From Nannocystales bacterium (GTDB taxonomy: Bacteria > Myxococcota_A > Polyangia > Nannocystales > Nannocystaceae): 64,000 nucleotides of DNA. The stretch spans positions 159,403 to 223,402 of the forward strand of contig JBOEGF010000027.1 in NCBI GenBank assembly GCA_050633305.1, given 5' to 3'. The notes beneath the pieces were generated by a model. It was not told where the DNA came from, made no database searches, and saw nothing but the letters and a program-made list of their open reading frames with translations. A program made the position numbers and the translations under genes. Of the stretch, positions 21,334 to 32,359 are shown one piece after another; position 1 is the stretch's first letter, and each line of letters begins with the position of its first letter.

Positions 21334-22707
21334 CTACCCGATCGCGAGATTGCCGAACATCCACAGCCCGCCTGCCGCCATCCAAACCGCGGCATATCCG
21401 ATGATGTCTCGCGCACGCACGCCTGTGATCGCCAACAGCGGTAGGGCCCAGAACGGCTGCAACATATTCGTCCACTGGTCCCCGTACGCCATCGCCATCA
21501 CGACCCGCCCCGGCTCGATCCCCGTCGCCACGGCTCCCTGCATGAGTACCGGTCCCTGGACAGCCCACTGACCGCCGCCGGAGGGGACGAATAGATTCAG
21601 CAGCCCGGCGGAGCCGAACGCGAGTGCTTCGAACGTCCCCGGGCCAACCTGAGAGAACGCCCCAGCCAGCGCAGCTGCGAGTCCCGCGGCCTTCATCACC
21701 CCCATCACGCCCGCGTACAGCGGGAACTGAACGATCACCCCACCGCAGCTCCGCGCTCCCTCCTCGCAGGCCCGCAAGAACCGGTCGGGCCGTCCGTGCA
21801 GCAGCAACGCGAACGCGAAGAGCGCGAGGTTCACGGTGTTGAAGGACAGCCGAAGCAAGCCCCCCTCGGCGAGCACCATCGCCAACGCAGCGCACAGCGG
21901 GAGCGCGAGCAACATCGAGAAGACCCCGGACCGCTCGACCCGCTCGACGAGCCCGTCCGGCGGAGCCTCCGGTGGCAGCCTCGCCCCAGGTGGCTCCGGC
22001 GCGGGTTGAGCATCGGGGTCGGTTGCCGGCGTCATCCCCATGAACACCAAGGGACCCAGCACCAGAAGACCCCCCGAAACCACCAGGTTGAGCGGACTGA
22101 GCAGCGTCGAGTGCAGGTCGAGGACACCCACCTGCTCGGCAAGCGCAGGACCCAGAACCTCGGCGAGGTCCTCGGCGGTCGTCACCTTCAAAGGAGCGCT
22201 CCCGCTGAGCCCACCATGCCAGGTCATCAGACCGCTGTACCCGGCCGCGCACAACAACGGGTAGTGGAGCGAGTAGCCGCGGAGGCGAGCGATCCGTCCC
22301 GCCTCTCGGGCCACGATCGCGCCACCGATCAGCCCCAAGCTCCAGTTCAGCAACGCGAGCCCGATGGCGATGAAGGCCGTCGCCCCCACCAGTTGGCGTG
22401 GAGACCTCACCCACCCGACCGATGCTGCGATGCCGCGCTGAACAGGCGAGGCGGTCGCCAGCGCCGTCCCCAACACCAACATCACGCACATCTGCATGGT
22501 GAAACTCAGCAGGGCCCACAGGCCCGCGCCGCCGCTCCACGCTCGCAGAACCTCCGCCGGAGGCGTGCCCACCGCGAGCGCCGTCACCAAGACCAGTGTG
22601 GTGAGCCCGACCGCGATCACGAAGGGCTCGGGAACGATGCGTCCGAATCCGATTCGAGCCCGAGCGCCCACGCGAACCAGGGGCCCTCCAGAGGTCCTTT
22701 TTTTCAT
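21334..22707 (-). CDS. atoE: Short-chain fatty acid transporter (AtoE family)
   Basis: FTMQM, WHGGLSGSAPL, QFPLYAG, VPSGGGQWAVQGP, GDQWTNMLQPFWALP. Confidence 0.88.
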   Translation of the reverse strand: MKKRTSGGPLVRVGARARIGFGRIVPEPFVIAVGLTTLVLVTALAVGTPPAEVLRAWSGGAGLWALLSFTMQMCVMLVLGTALATASPVQRGIAASVGWVRSPRQLVGATAFIAIGLALLNWSLGLIGGAIVAREAGRIARLRGYSLHYPLLCAAGYSGLMTWHGGLSGSAPLKVTTAEDLAEVLGPALAEQVGVLDLHSTLLSPLNLVVSGGLLVLGPLVFMGMTPATDPDAQPAPEPPGARLPPEAPPDGLVERVERSGVFSMLLALPLCAALAMVLAEGGLLRLSFNTVNLALFAFALLLHGRPDRFLRACEEGARSCGGVIVQFPLYAGVMGVMKAAGLAAALAGAFSQVGPGTFEALAFGSAGLLNLFVPSGGGQWAVQGPVLMQGAVATGIEPGRVVMAMAYGDQWTNMLQPFWALPLLAITGVRARDIIGYAAVWMAAGGLWMFGNLAIG

Positions 22708-25700
22708 TCCGAAAGCCCCCTCACCGGCGCCGGCCCAGACCAAGACACTGCGATCGTCTCGAGTTCTTCGAGGTCCTCGGCCGCCCCAGGGCCACTGCGT
22801 CGAAGTTCCACACGCGCCCTCGACAACGCGTCTCGGGCGGCCGCGTGGTCTCCCGAAGCCCACAATGCCTTGGCCAAACCCAGCCGTGTGGCGCCGAGCA
22901 TTCCCGGGCTCCGGCTGCTCATCTCGTACCGCTGAAGACCCTCCCGGTAGGCGCGTATCGCCTCAGTGAACGACTCCTGTTCCAGCTCCAGCCGTCCCAA
23001 AGAGACGAAGCTCGACGCCGCCGCCGTGTCCTCCAACCCGTGACGCTGCAGGACTCGAAACGCGTCGTCGAGTTCGGATCGTGCGCGCGTGTAGTTCTTC
23101 TGGTCGAGGGCGAGGTTGGCCCGACGCTGGTAGGTCGACACAAGCTTGGGGTGATCGTCGTCGAGCGCCTTGCGCTTGATGCTCAGCTCGCGGTCGAGAT
23201 GCTCCCACGCCTCCTCGAATCGCTCCGTCCGCCGATACAGCGACGCGATGTCCCCGTACGAGGACGCAACATCGAGGTGCTCGGGACCGAGCTCGGCCTG
23301 CCGCATCGCCAAAGCCTCCGCGTGGCGTTGCAGCGCGAGCTCGATGTTTCCGCTGCGCTTCTCCAGGTTCCCAAGGTTCGCAAGCACCATCGCTTCCATT
23401 TGCACACGCCCCCCCTTCCGGGCCAGCTCGAGCGCCCGTTCGTAGTCCGTCCGCGCCTCGTCAAGCCGACCTTGTTTCTTGCGCACCACACCGCGGGCCA
23501 GAAATGGTCGCGCGACCGCGAGATGGTCGTCACCAAGGATCGACAACAGCGCGATCGACCGGTTCAAGTGCGGCTCGGCGTCGGTGTACTTTCCGTTCTT
23601 GACCATGGCCTTCGCGACGTTGAGGTGGAGGGTTCCCAGCTTGGGGTGGTCCACGCCGAGCGCCTCTTCGCGAAGCGCAAGCGCGTCGACAAGCAACGCT
23701 TCTGCACGTCGGTCTTCCCCCTTTCGCATGTGCAGCAGCGCGAGGTTGTTCAAGCTGATCGAGTACGTGTACCGCTCCTGAACAGTCTGAGGAGCCTGCT
23801 CCGGCAAGGCCGCCTGCACAACCTCCAAGGCTTCGTCGTATCGCTGCTGTCGCGAGTAGAACGACATCGCGCTATGAGCGAGCTTGCGCTGCAAGTGCGC
23901 TGGGCGTCCGGCCCGATCCAGCATCGCGTCAGCGTAGGCCATCAGCCGCTCGGCCTCCTCAAAGCGCCGGAACGCGGTGCTGTACAGAAACACGAGGTCG
24001 GAAGCCACCGCCGCCGCGACCACGTCGTGTCCACACGCCTCGGCAGCTGCGAGCGCGTCCTCGTACACCTCCGCCGCTCGCTCACGATTCCCCTCCTCCG
24101 CCGCGACCTGCCCCTGAGCGTAACGAAGCTCAGCGACCAGAGGATCGAACCCCAACGACATGATACGAGGTGTGAGGTCCGCGAGGGCCTCCCTCGCCAG
24201 GCCGAACTTCCCCGCGCGACTCAGCTCAGACACCCTCGACAGCTCCACCCGAACGGCCTCCGCCTCCGCCTTTCGCGCGGGAGACTCAGGTAGAGGCCAC
24301 AGCACCCCGGCTTCGGCCAAAGCCTCATCGTCCGCACATGCCTCGATCGATTCGAGTTGGAGCAACAACTCGGGGACCCGAGCGGCGCGGGCTGAATCCG
24401 ACGCAGTGCCTGAGATCAACCGTTCGCGCTGCGTCACCCGACGACGCAGACACGACATCCGCCGATCGAACATCGCATCGTCGATCCGGGCCGTCGCGTA
24501 CGCGTCACAGCTGCTGAGATACGTCGCGTGCCAAGCCTCGACATCCGCGTCGAGGCGCCCGCGAAGTCTCGCGACAACATCCGCGCCCCGCGGCCCCAGC
24601 GATTCGAGAATCGAACTCGAAGTCAGGGCCTGAGCGTCCGCATCCCAGGCGCTGCCCATCCGCTGGGCTCCGCGGACACAGTCACTGTCCTGCGGTGTCG
24701 AGGCCGCCACCCCCACCACCGCAGCCGCAAGGCCGAGCGCTCCGACGGCGCCCCCCCACCGCGCCTTGACGCTTCGCCGCTGCAGCGATCGGAGCAGCGC
24801 ATCCATCGATGGCCAACGGTCGCGGGGCTCCGGTTGGAGTCCCCGAGTGAGCACCTTCTCGAGCCAACGCGGGACCGCAGAGCCCTCGGGACGGGTCTCG
24901 ATGCGACCCCGAGCTTTCGCGATCGCCATCTCGCGCGCGGTCCGACCTGCGAACACCCTCTTCCCTCCCCACAAGAGACGCAGAAAGGCGACGCAGAAGC
25001 TGTACTGGTCTGAGGCGGGACTGACCGGACGACCGACATGTTGCTCCGGAGACATGTAGACCGGCGTTCCCATCACGATCCCGATTTCGGTCAGCCGTCC
25101 CTCCACGCTCGACTCCCCGTGCGCCGGAGCAACGCTCGAAACCGACTCGAGGCCCGAGCTGGCGCCGCCGTGTTCGCCCACCAGCGCCAACCCGAAGTCG
25201 AGCACCCGGACGCGCCCGTCCTCATCCACCATCACGTTGTCGGGCTTGAAGTCCCGGTGCACGATCCCAGCGGCGTGGGCTGCCGCCAAGCCACGGCCGG
25301 CGGCGCCAAACACCTCGAGCAGCTCCTCGGGGGAGCGGGAGCCCTCCTGCGCCCAAGTCCGAAGCGTCTGCCCGCGGACATGCTCCATCACGACGTAGAC
25401 GGTCTTGCCGTCCTCGCATGTCCCGACCCCGTACACCCCCACCACGTTCGGGTGCGACAGGCGGGCCAGCGCTTGCGCCTCCCGGAGAAATCGTTCGGCC
25501 CCCCGCAGCTCGGTCCGTCGTCGACGGTTGCGGACCAGCTTGACCGCCACATGACGCTCCAGCTTTGGATCCCAAGCTTCGAACACGATGCCCAAGCCAC
25601 CCGCGCCCAGCATCCGACCCAACACATAGCGGTCGACTCGCTCGGGGGGAATGAACGCCGGCTCGGGATTCTCGGACGGAGCGTCGTCAGCGACGGTCCC

Positions 25701-25754
25701 CGACACGACGGCGGTTGGTGCATCCGCACCGCACTCCGAGCCCTCCGACGTCAC
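22704..25754 (-). CDS. Ser/Thr protein kinase with TPR repeats
   Basis: LGAGGLG, HRDFKPDN, DFG, GTPVYMSPE; LG.DHP-type TPRs; GTG after GGAG. Confidence 0.9.
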   Translation of the reverse strand: MTSEGSECGADAPTAVVSGTVADDAPSENPEPAFIPPERVDRYVLGRMLGAGGLGIVFEAWDPKLERHVAVKLVRNRRRRTELRGAERFLREAQALARLSHPNVVGVYGVGTCEDGKTVYVVMEHVRGQTLRTWAQEGSRSPEELLEVFGAAGRGLAAAHAAGIVHRDFKPDNVMVDEDGRVRVLDFGLALVGEHGGASSGLESVSSVAPAHGESSVEGRLTEIGIVMGTPVYMSPEQHVGRPVSPASDQYSFCVAFLRLLWGGKRVFAGRTAREMAIAKARGRIETRPEGSAVPRWLEKVLTRGLQPEPRDRWPSMDALLRSLQRRSVKARWGGAVGALGLAAAVVGVAASTPQDSDCVRGAQRMGSAWDADAQALTSSSILESLGPRGADVVARLRGRLDADVEAWHATYLSSCDAYATARIDDAMFDRRMSCLRRRVTQRERLISGTASDSARAARVPELLLQLESIEACADDEALAEAGVLWPLPESPARKAEAEAVRVELSRVSELSRAGKFGLAREALADLTPRIMSLGFDPLVAELRYAQGQVAAEEGNRERAAEVYEDALAAAEACGHDVVAAAVASDLVFLYSTAFRRFEEAERLMAYADAMLDRAGRPAHLQRKLAHSAMSFYSRQQRYDEALEVVQAALPEQAPQTVQERYTYSISLNNLALLHMRKGEDRRAEALLVDALALREEALGVDHPKLGTLHLNVAKAMVKNGKYTDAEPHLNRSIALLSILGDDHLAVARPFLARGVVRKKQGRLDEARTDYERALELARKGGRVQMEAMVLANLGNLEKRSGNIELALQRHAEALAMRQAELGPEHLDVASSYGDIASLYRRTERFEEAWEHLDRELSIKRKALDDDHPKLVSTYQRRANLALDQKNYTRARSELDDAFRVLQRHGLEDTAAASSFVSLGRLELEQESFTEAIRAYREGLQRYEMSSRSPGMLGATRLGLAKALWASGDHAAARDALSRARVELRRSGPGAAEDLEELETIAVSWSGPAPVRGLSE

Positions 25755-25856
25755 CGCTCCATGGTCCCGCGCCTCGCCTCGATGGCGCAATCGGGGCACG
25801 AGGCGGCCGTCCGTTCCGTTCGCACATCGTCAGGTGCGCTGTTACGGTGTTCTGGC

Positions 25857-26336
25857 ATGCGCCGCGGCCTCTTCGCCCTCGGGACCGCGGCCCTCGTCGC
25901 GTTCATCGGAGCACTCGTCCTGCTCGAGACCCGCGAGGATCCGAATCCTCCCCGCGCGACGACCCCCCTCGCTCGACCCAACGATGGTGCGCGAGAACCC
26001 ACAGAGGCGCCCACGCGACCCCCATCGCGAGACCCGGGCAAGGCCACTCCACCACCCGCCGGCTTCAAGCTTGGCAAGGCCAGCGGCCCGGATGCTCGTT
26101 CCAACGCGCAGGCGATTCTGGACAACACGCTCGTCGAACTCCGCCGGCTGGACACCTCACAGCAGACACTGGCGCGGGATGTCTACATGCGAGGGCATTC
26201 GGCCGCGGAGCGCGTCGAGGATGAACTCGGCGACGACGATGAGCCCGGTCGCGCCGCGCTTCGAGCCCACGAGGATGCGCTCAAGGCCGAGCTCCGCCGC
26301 ATCTACGGCGTGGACGAAGCTAGTCCGCGTCCATGA
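25857..26336 (+). CDS. Hypothetical membrane-anchored protein
   Basis: N-terminal TM, Pro-rich linker, helical domain. Confidence 0.6.
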   Translation: MRRGLFALGTAALVAFIGALVLLETREDPNPPRATTPLARPNDGAREPTEAPTRPPSRDPGKATPPPAGFKLGKASGPDARSNAQAILDNTLVELRRLDTSQQTLARDVYMRGHSAAERVEDELGDDDEPGRAALRAHEDALKAELRRIYGVDEASPRP

Positions 26337-26760
26337 ACGCCTGCATCGCGACGCGAAGATCGTCGGGCAGCGGCATCGACCGCCGGAATTGCTCGGAGTC
26401 CGGGTCGAGGTCCATCACCGCACACACCGTCGCCCCCGTCCCCCGGACGTCGTCGGGGTCGTCGGCCCCGCGGATTCGGTAGCCCAACCTCATCGAACTA
26501 CGGCCCAGGTGCTCGAGCCGGAGTTCGACGACAACCGACTCCCCGAACGCCGTCGGTTTCTGGAAGTCCGCTTCGGTATGCACCGAGGGAAAGCCTACCT
26601 TTCGACGGACGATGACGTCGTCGTACGGCGCTTCGAGGCAGGCTGAGAACCACGATTCCATCGCTTCGTGGAACATGTCGAAGAAGCGCGGGAAGTAGAC
26701 GATGCCCGCGGGGTCGCAGTGGCCCCAGTAGACCTGCAACCGGTGGTGATGGACGGCCAT
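26320..26760 (-). CDS. Acyl-CoA thioesterase (4-HBT, hotdog fold)
   Basis: HCDPAGIVYFPRFF. Confidence 0.88.
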   Translation of the reverse strand: MAVHHHRLQVYWGHCDPAGIVYFPRFFDMFHEAMESWFSACLEAPYDDVIVRRKVGFPSVHTEADFQKPTAFGESVVVELRLEHLGRSSMRLGYRIRGADDPDDVRGTGATVCAVMDLDPDSEQFRRSMPLPDDLRVAMQAFMDAD

Positions 26761-26850
26761 GCCGCCACCCTACCGGCTCGCGTATCTTCGGCGCCAGCAG
26801 CATCCGGAGGTTAGACTTGGCGCGTTGTCCGAAGCCGACGGTGAAGCCAC

Positions 26851-28140
26851 GTGAGTCTCAAGTCCACGCTCCAACCCTTCGTCGCAGCCGCGATCACGAC
26901 CCCCTTGCGGCGTGATGCCTTGCGGCGAGTTCGCGAGCGATGGAGACGCGTCCGAGGCAAGCCGCACCGCCTCACCGCGTTTATTCGGCTCGACGACCCC
27001 TACGCGCTGCTACTGCTGCACGCCCTGCAGACCGTACGAGAGCGCTTCGACGTCCAGCTCGAGCTGCGCGTGGTCGGGGCGACCCCATCGTCCATGGACC
27101 CAGCACCCGAAGCGTTGCGGGCATGGGCTCGACTCGACGCGGCCCGGGTCGCGGCGCTCTATGACCTGCAGGTCCCAGACTTCGACGCCCGGCGAGCGAG
27201 CGAGAGTGAGTCCGCGTCACTGGCCAGCCTCGAGTCGGCGCCCGACCCTCTCCTCGCCTTGCGCTCCGCGCTCGAGGGGTGGTGGCGAGGCGCACCAATT
27301 CCCGGATCGGCCAACGCCAAGCGGCTCGCGGAGAACAACCGCGAGCGCTCGTCCCGTGGCCACTACCTCAGCGCGATGGTCCACTATGAGGGGGAGTGGT
27401 ACTGGGGCATCGACCGGCTCAACCACCTGACCCAACGACTCGACACGCTCGGCCTGCGCACCGTCGAGGCACGGCCAGCGTTCGAGCGTCGGTTCGCGTT
27501 CCTCACGGAGCCCGCGCCCGAGACCGGGCCTTCCGCGGAGCTGGAGTTGTTCTGGTCCGGGCGTAGTCCGTACGCCTACCTCGCGCTCGAACGCGCCTAC
27601 CAGCTCGCCGACCACCACAGCGTCCCTTTGCGGATCCGTCCTGTGCTGCCGATGGTGATGCGGGACCTGACGGTTCCGCTTCCCAAGCGGCGATACATCC
27701 TCGGCGACGCCAAGCGGGAGGCCGATTGGCTGGGCATTCCACTGGGCTTCATCTGCGACCCGGTCGGCCTCGGTATCGAGCGGGGCTACGCCTTGCTCGA
27801 CGTCGCCCGGCAACACGATCGCCTCCGTGAGTACGTGCTCGCATTTTCGACCGCAGTGTGGAGCGAAGGGATCGACGCGGCAACCGAGGCGGGGTTGGAA
27901 CAGATCGCGACCAACGCCGGACTGCCGTGGGCCCCCTGCCGCGCCGCGATGCGCGGAGACCACTGGCGAGCCGAGGTCGAGGCCAACCGCTCCACACTTC
28001 TCGACGCAGGGCAGTGGGGCGTGCCCGTCCTACGATGCGGTGAGAGCGTAGTTTGGGGCCAAGACCGATTCTGGGTCCTCGACCGCGCCCTGCAAGAGCT
28101 CGCCGCGTCCCCGACCCCACCTGCGCCCGAACATGCGTAG
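26851..28140 (+). CDS. DsbA-fold HCCA isomerase/GST-kappa-like protein with two domains
   Basis: DDPYA...WYWGIDRL and SGRSPYAYL...GVP...VVWGQDR. Confidence 0.8.
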   Translation: MSLKSTLQPFVAAAITTPLRRDALRRVRERWRRVRGKPHRLTAFIRLDDPYALLLLHALQTVRERFDVQLELRVVGATPSSMDPAPEALRAWARLDAARVAALYDLQVPDFDARRASESESASLASLESAPDPLLALRSALEGWWRGAPIPGSANAKRLAENNRERSSRGHYLSAMVHYEGEWYWGIDRLNHLTQRLDTLGLRTVEARPAFERRFAFLTEPAPETGPSAELELFWSGRSPYAYLALERAYQLADHHSVPLRIRPVLPMVMRDLTVPLPKRRYILGDAKREADWLGIPLGFICDPVGLGIERGYALLDVARQHDRLREYVLAFSTAVWSEGIDAATEAGLEQIATNAGLPWAPCRAAMRGDHWRAEVEANRSTLLDAGQWGVPVLRCGESVVWGQDRFWVLDRALQELAASPTPPAPEHA

Positions 28141-28148
28141 GCCCGGCA

Positions 28149-29900
28149 CTACAGGGACGCCGACTCGGGCCGCCCGGCTCCGCGGGAGAGCCGAACCGCG
28201 ACCTCCAAGAGCTCCCCGGTCCGTACCGGTTTGACAACGAACGCGTCCGCTCCCGCATCGAGTGCAGCGGCTTCGGCATCCAAACTCCCGCTGAGCACCA
28301 GCACAGGCGGGGCGTCGACACTCGACATCGACGCGAGCACATCGACCCCGGTTCTCCCCGGCATCTCCAGATCCAGCACGACCAGGTCGAACGCCTCGCT
28401 GCGAAGTCTCTCCTCCGCCTCGCGGCCATCCGCAGCGGTCTCCACACGCGCTCCGACGTGCTCGAGCACTCGGGCAACCACTTCGCGCACGGTGGCGTCG
28501 TCGTCGACGACCAAGACACGTCGCCCGCGCAGCTCCCCCCGACGAGGCAGAGCCGGCTTGGACGGCTCCGATCGGGACTCCCGTGCCTTGGCATCCCAAG
28601 CAACTGTGGGACCCGCCAAGGCATCCATGCTCACCCGGAAGCAGAGGCGTGTCCCTTGCGGACTGGTTTCGTCGACCCAGATCGCGCCCCCCATCGCCTC
28701 CACAAAGTCGCGAGAGATCGACAGACCCAGCCCCACCCCCCCACCCACTGAAGCCTGCTCGCCTTGCTGCCAGGGCTCGAACACATCTCGGATGACGGTT
28801 GGAGCGATGCCCACGCCCGTATCCTCCACGGCGAACGACAACCCTCCCTGCTCGGCGGCACGGCCAACGGCGACCCGAACCTGGCCCTCGCGCGTGTGCT
28901 TCAGCGCATTGCCGAGCAAGTTGAGCAAGACCTGACGAAGCCGCGCACGGTCTCCGGACCAGCGGTCGGGGGTCTCGGACTCGACATCGACGACCAATCG
29001 GATCCGCGAACCATCCATTTGGGGCGAGACGACCTCAACCACATCGTCGAGCAACTTGGAGACTGAGAATTCCTCCCGTCGTTGGGGCAACACCCCATCC
29101 TCGAGCCGCACCAGGTCGAGAATGTCGTCGAGGGTTCGCAGCGTGGCCCGGGCGGTTCGCTGCAGCTGCCCCAGAGACTGTCCCCCACCCCCGGAATCGA
29201 CGTCGAGCATGTCCGCGGTCAACGCGAGGCTCGTCATCGGCGAGCGCAACTCGTGGCTCAGCATCGCGAGCAACCGGTGCCGTGCAACACGGTCCGTACG
29301 AGCTTGGGCCTCGGCCGCCTTCCGATCCCGGGTCTCCGCCTGCAAACGATGCATCGCTCGCTGCAGCGCCTGCTCTCGCCTCCTGCGCTCTCGATGGAAC
29401 GCGACCGCCAAGACCGCCGATAGACCCAGTACGGCGAAGAGGTTGGGTACCGACAACGGGTGCTGCCACATGGCATCGGCAGGATCCGCCCTCAATGCCG
29501 TCCACCCGACTGCAACCGCCGTCGCCGGCACCCACAAGAACAGATGCCGCGCACGACCCCACAACGTCGCCCAGGTTGGCACCAGCAGGAACCAGACGAC
29601 GCCGATGTTCGGCGTCCCCCTCGTCACGTCGAGGACGATGGTCTGGTAGACGAGGAAGCTTCCCGAAACGATGTGCAGGGCGAGGCTGCGCCCGATTCGC
29701 GGGCTGAGCAGGATCGCCGAGCCCATGATCAGGAGTTCGGCCGTCAGGAGCCAGGACTCCAGCGAGCTCGCGAACACACCGACAAGAACCGCAAACGCGA
29801 GCCCGAGGGCGCCAAACGACCCGCGCACCAGCGGCCACGAAGGCGTCGCACCGTCGATGAGCGCGCCCTCGTCGACCGCAGATGCCTCTGCCGACCCCAC
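28149..29900 (-). CDS. Membrane hybrid histidine kinase/response regulator
   Basis: SHELRSPM, NLLGNALKHT, DTGVG, GLGLSIS; receiver VLVVDDD...DLEMP; start inferred. Confidence 0.9.
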   Translation of the reverse strand: MGSAEASAVDEGALIDGATPSWPLVRGSFGALGLAFAVLVGVFASSLESWLLTAELLIMGSAILLSPRIGRSLALHIVSGSFLVYQTIVLDVTRGTPNIGVVWFLLVPTWATLWGRARHLFLWVPATAVAVGWTALRADPADAMWQHPLSVPNLFAVLGLSAVLAVAFHRERRRREQALQRAMHRLQAETRDRKAAEAQARTDRVARHRLLAMLSHELRSPMTSLALTADMLDVDSGGGGQSLGQLQRTARATLRTLDDILDLVRLEDGVLPQRREEFSVSKLLDDVVEVVSPQMDGSRIRLVVDVESETPDRWSGDRARLRQVLLNLLGNALKHTREGQVRVAVGRAAEQGGLSFAVEDTGVGIAPTVIRDVFEPWQQGEQASVGGGVGLGLSISRDFVEAMGGAIWVDETSPQGTRLCFRVSMDALAGPTVAWDAKARESRSEPSKPALPRRGELRGRRVLVVDDDATVREVVARVLEHVGARVETAADGREAEERLRSEAFDLVVLDLEMPGRTGVDVLASMSSVDAPPVLVLSGSLDAEAAALDAGADAFVVKPVRTGELLEVAVRLSRGAGRPESASL

Positions 29901-30011
29901 ACGCAGAGAATGCCAGCTGTCCTCGACACGCAGTGTGCGCAGCCGGCCCGATCTGGCCCACCTCGGGGAATACACCCCCTGTGCGGCCGAAAGGACCGAA
30001 GCGCGCGGAGT

Positions 30012-30371
30012 CTACTTGACCTGCTCGTCGCGACGATCGGGATGCTCGTTGTACCAAGTCTGCAGGGACTCATGGCTGATCTCGACCCGGAGATCGGCCT
30101 CCTGCACGACACACTGGCAGCCTAGCCGTGAACTCGGGCGGACATCAAAGCCCATGTCCAAACGGTCTTCCTCGGCCTCCTCCATCTCCTCGAGCGAGGC
30201 GAGCCCCTCCTTGATGTAGACGTGGCACGACGAGCACGCACAAACGCCCCCGCAGGCGGAGCCTAGTTTGACCCCATGCTCTTCGGCAATCTCGAGGAGG
30301 TTGGAAGACGAGGCTTTAACCTCGACTTCAGAGGTGGCGCCTTCAGGGTCGACGAACGTGATCTTGGGCAT
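30012..30371 (-). CDS. fdx: ISC 2Fe-2S ferredoxin
   Basis: ACGGVCACSSCHV, SRLGCQ; isc context. Confidence 0.92.
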   Translation of the reverse strand: MPKITFVDPEGATSEVEVKASSSNLLEIAEEHGVKLGSACGGVCACSSCHVYIKEGLASLEEMEEAEEDRLDMGFDVRPSSRLGCQCVVQEADLRVEISHESLQTWYNEHPDRRDEQVK

Positions 30372-30385
30372 CGTGGATCTCGCGA

Positions 30386-32356
30386 TCAGGTTTGCTGGGG
30401 GGTATGGCTTCCGCGTCGCTCTTCGAGCGTTTCCTCGGCGGCCAGGGTCGATTCAATTTCACCGAGGGACTTGCCCTCCATGCCGGACAACAACGCCCGT
30501 TCCATGCGACGGCGGGCGAATGCTTCGCTGACGCTCTCGAGATGCTCCCGAGCCTTCTTGAGCTCGGCAGGCGTCCCGGCAGGGTTGGCCATGGCTTCGT
30601 CGGTGGCGACGAGCGCGGCAACGATCAGCTCGCGCTCCTCCGCGGGCAGCAGGCTTTCGAGATGTCCGACCTCTTCAAGTGCCGTGCGGACCGCCAGCGA
30701 CACGCGGCCGGTCTCGACACGTCCCTCCGCGAGGTTGCGGGCTTCAAAGTCGGCCTCAGCGTTGTCCAGGCTCTCCATCACCAACGAGTCGACGGCGGCC
30801 TCGTCCAGGCCGTAGGTCGGCTTGACCTCGACGGTCTGTTTGACGCCCGTCATCAGCTCTTTGGCCGTGACGGTGAGCAACGCGTCTGCGTCCAGCTGAA
30901 ACGACACTTCGACGCGCGCCATGGACGGCGGCAGCTGAGGGATCCCTCGCAGCTCGAACTTGGCGAGCGAGCGACAATCGGACGCCAGCTCGCGCTCGCC
31001 CTGGACGACATGGAACACCATGCCGGTCTGCTGCTCGGAGTAGTTCGTGAAGACCTGCCGCGCGCCGATGGGGATCGTCGCGTTCCTCGGAATGAGCTGC
31101 TCCACGATGCCGCCCATCGTCTCGATGCCAAGGCTCAGCGGAACGACATCGAGCAGGGTGACGCCCTCGCGAGCGCTTCCCGACAGGATGTCCGCCTGAA
31201 TCGCCGCGCCGTAGGCCACGACGCGGTCCGGGTCCAGGTCGCACAGTGGCGGCCGCTTGAAGGTCTTCTCGACCACCTCCCGCACCTTCGGCACCCGGGT
31301 CGAGCCACCGACCAGCACAACCCCGTGCAAATCGTCTGCGGTGACGTCGGCATCCTTGAGCGTCTGCCGACACGCCTTGACGGTTCGACGCACGATCGGG
31401 CTGATCAACCCCTCGAATGCCTCGCGGGTGACCTCGAAACCAGTGAGGCTACAGGTGGGAACATCCACCGACACCGTTTCGGCATCGCTCAGGCGCTCCT
31501 TCGCGCTTCGAGCCACGGCCAACGCCTCTTCGCGTTGCCCAGCAGTCGCGGTTGAGACACCCGCGGCCTCGAGCAGATGGGATGCAAGCGCGTGGTCGAA
31601 GTCGTCACCGCCGAGCGCCGAGTCGCCCCCGGTCGCGAGCACCTGAAAGACCCCCTCGCGAAGGCGGAGGATACTGATGTCGAACGTTCCGCCACCGAGG
31701 TCGTAGATGGCAAACAGGCCTTGCTTGCCGCCGTCGTTTTGATCGAGTCCGTACGCGAGCGCCGCAGCGGTGGGCTCCGCGAGCAACCGATAGACCCTCA
31801 ACCCTGCGATCCGCCCAGCATCCTTGGTGGCTTGCCGCTGTGCGTCGTCGAAGTACGCGGGCACCGTGATCACGGCGCCATCGATCGGCTCACCGAGTTC
31901 GGCCTCGGCGCGAGTCTTGAGCACGCGAAGGATCTCGGCCGAGACCTCCATCGGCGTCACGGCCCGCTGGGCCCCCATGTCGAAACGAACGACTTGGTCC
32001 GCCTCGTCCTTGGGCGGCGCCATCGGATACGGGTGGGCACCGACCTCGTCCCGTCCACGTCCCATGAAGCGCTTGACCGAGCTGATGACCCGCGCCGGGT
32101 TGGCGACCTGCTCGGCACGAGCCTGCGCTCCAACCACGACGTCCTCTCCGACGTAGGAAACCACCGAGGGAAGAATGTCGTGGCCCTCGGCATCCTTGAC
32201 CTCGCGCGGCAGCTCACCGTGAGGTGCCAACGCGACCAGGCTGTGCGTCGTCCCCAGGTCGATGCCGATGCCACGGCCGGGCGCTCGCTTGGACGCCGCA
32301 GGAGCCGTCGGCTCCTCGATCTGGAAGAGGGCTCCGGGGTCGAAGTCGTCACTCAT
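30386..32356 (-). CDS. hscA: Fe-S assembly chaperone HscA
   Basis: [32 protein letters not shown]; isc context. Confidence 0.92.
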   Translation of the reverse strand: MSDDFDPGALFQIEEPTAPAASKRAPGRGIGIDLGTTHSLVALAPHGELPREVKDAEGHDILPSVVSYVGEDVVVGAQARAEQVANPARVISSVKRFMGRGRDEVGAHPYPMAPPKDEADQVVRFDMGAQRAVTPMEVSAEILRVLKTRAEAELGEPIDGAVITVPAYFDDAQRQATKDAGRIAGLRVYRLLAEPTAAALAYGLDQNDGGKQGLFAIYDLGGGTFDISILRLREGVFQVLATGGDSALGGDDFDHALASHLLEAAGVSTATAGQREEALAVARSAKERLSDAETVSVDVPTCSLTGFEVTREAFEGLISPIVRRTVKACRQTLKDADVTADDLHGVVLVGGSTRVPKVREVVEKTFKRPPLCDLDPDRVVAYGAAIQADILSGSAREGVTLLDVVPLSLGIETMGGIVEQLIPRNATIPIGARQVFTNYSEQQTGMVFHVVQGERELASDCRSLAKFELRGIPQLPPSMARVEVSFQLDADALLTVTAKELMTGVKQTVEVKPTYGLDEAAVDSLVMESLDNAEADFEARNLAEGRVETGRVSLAVRTALEEVGHLESLLPAEERELIVAALVATDEAMANPAGTPAELKKAREHLESVSEAFARRRMERALLSGMEGKSLGEIESTLAAEETLEERRGSHTPQQT

Positions 32357-32359
32357 GAT

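Noticed and set aside
30386..32356. Hsp70 as dnaK
   Set aside because: Position between hscB and fdx indicates hscA
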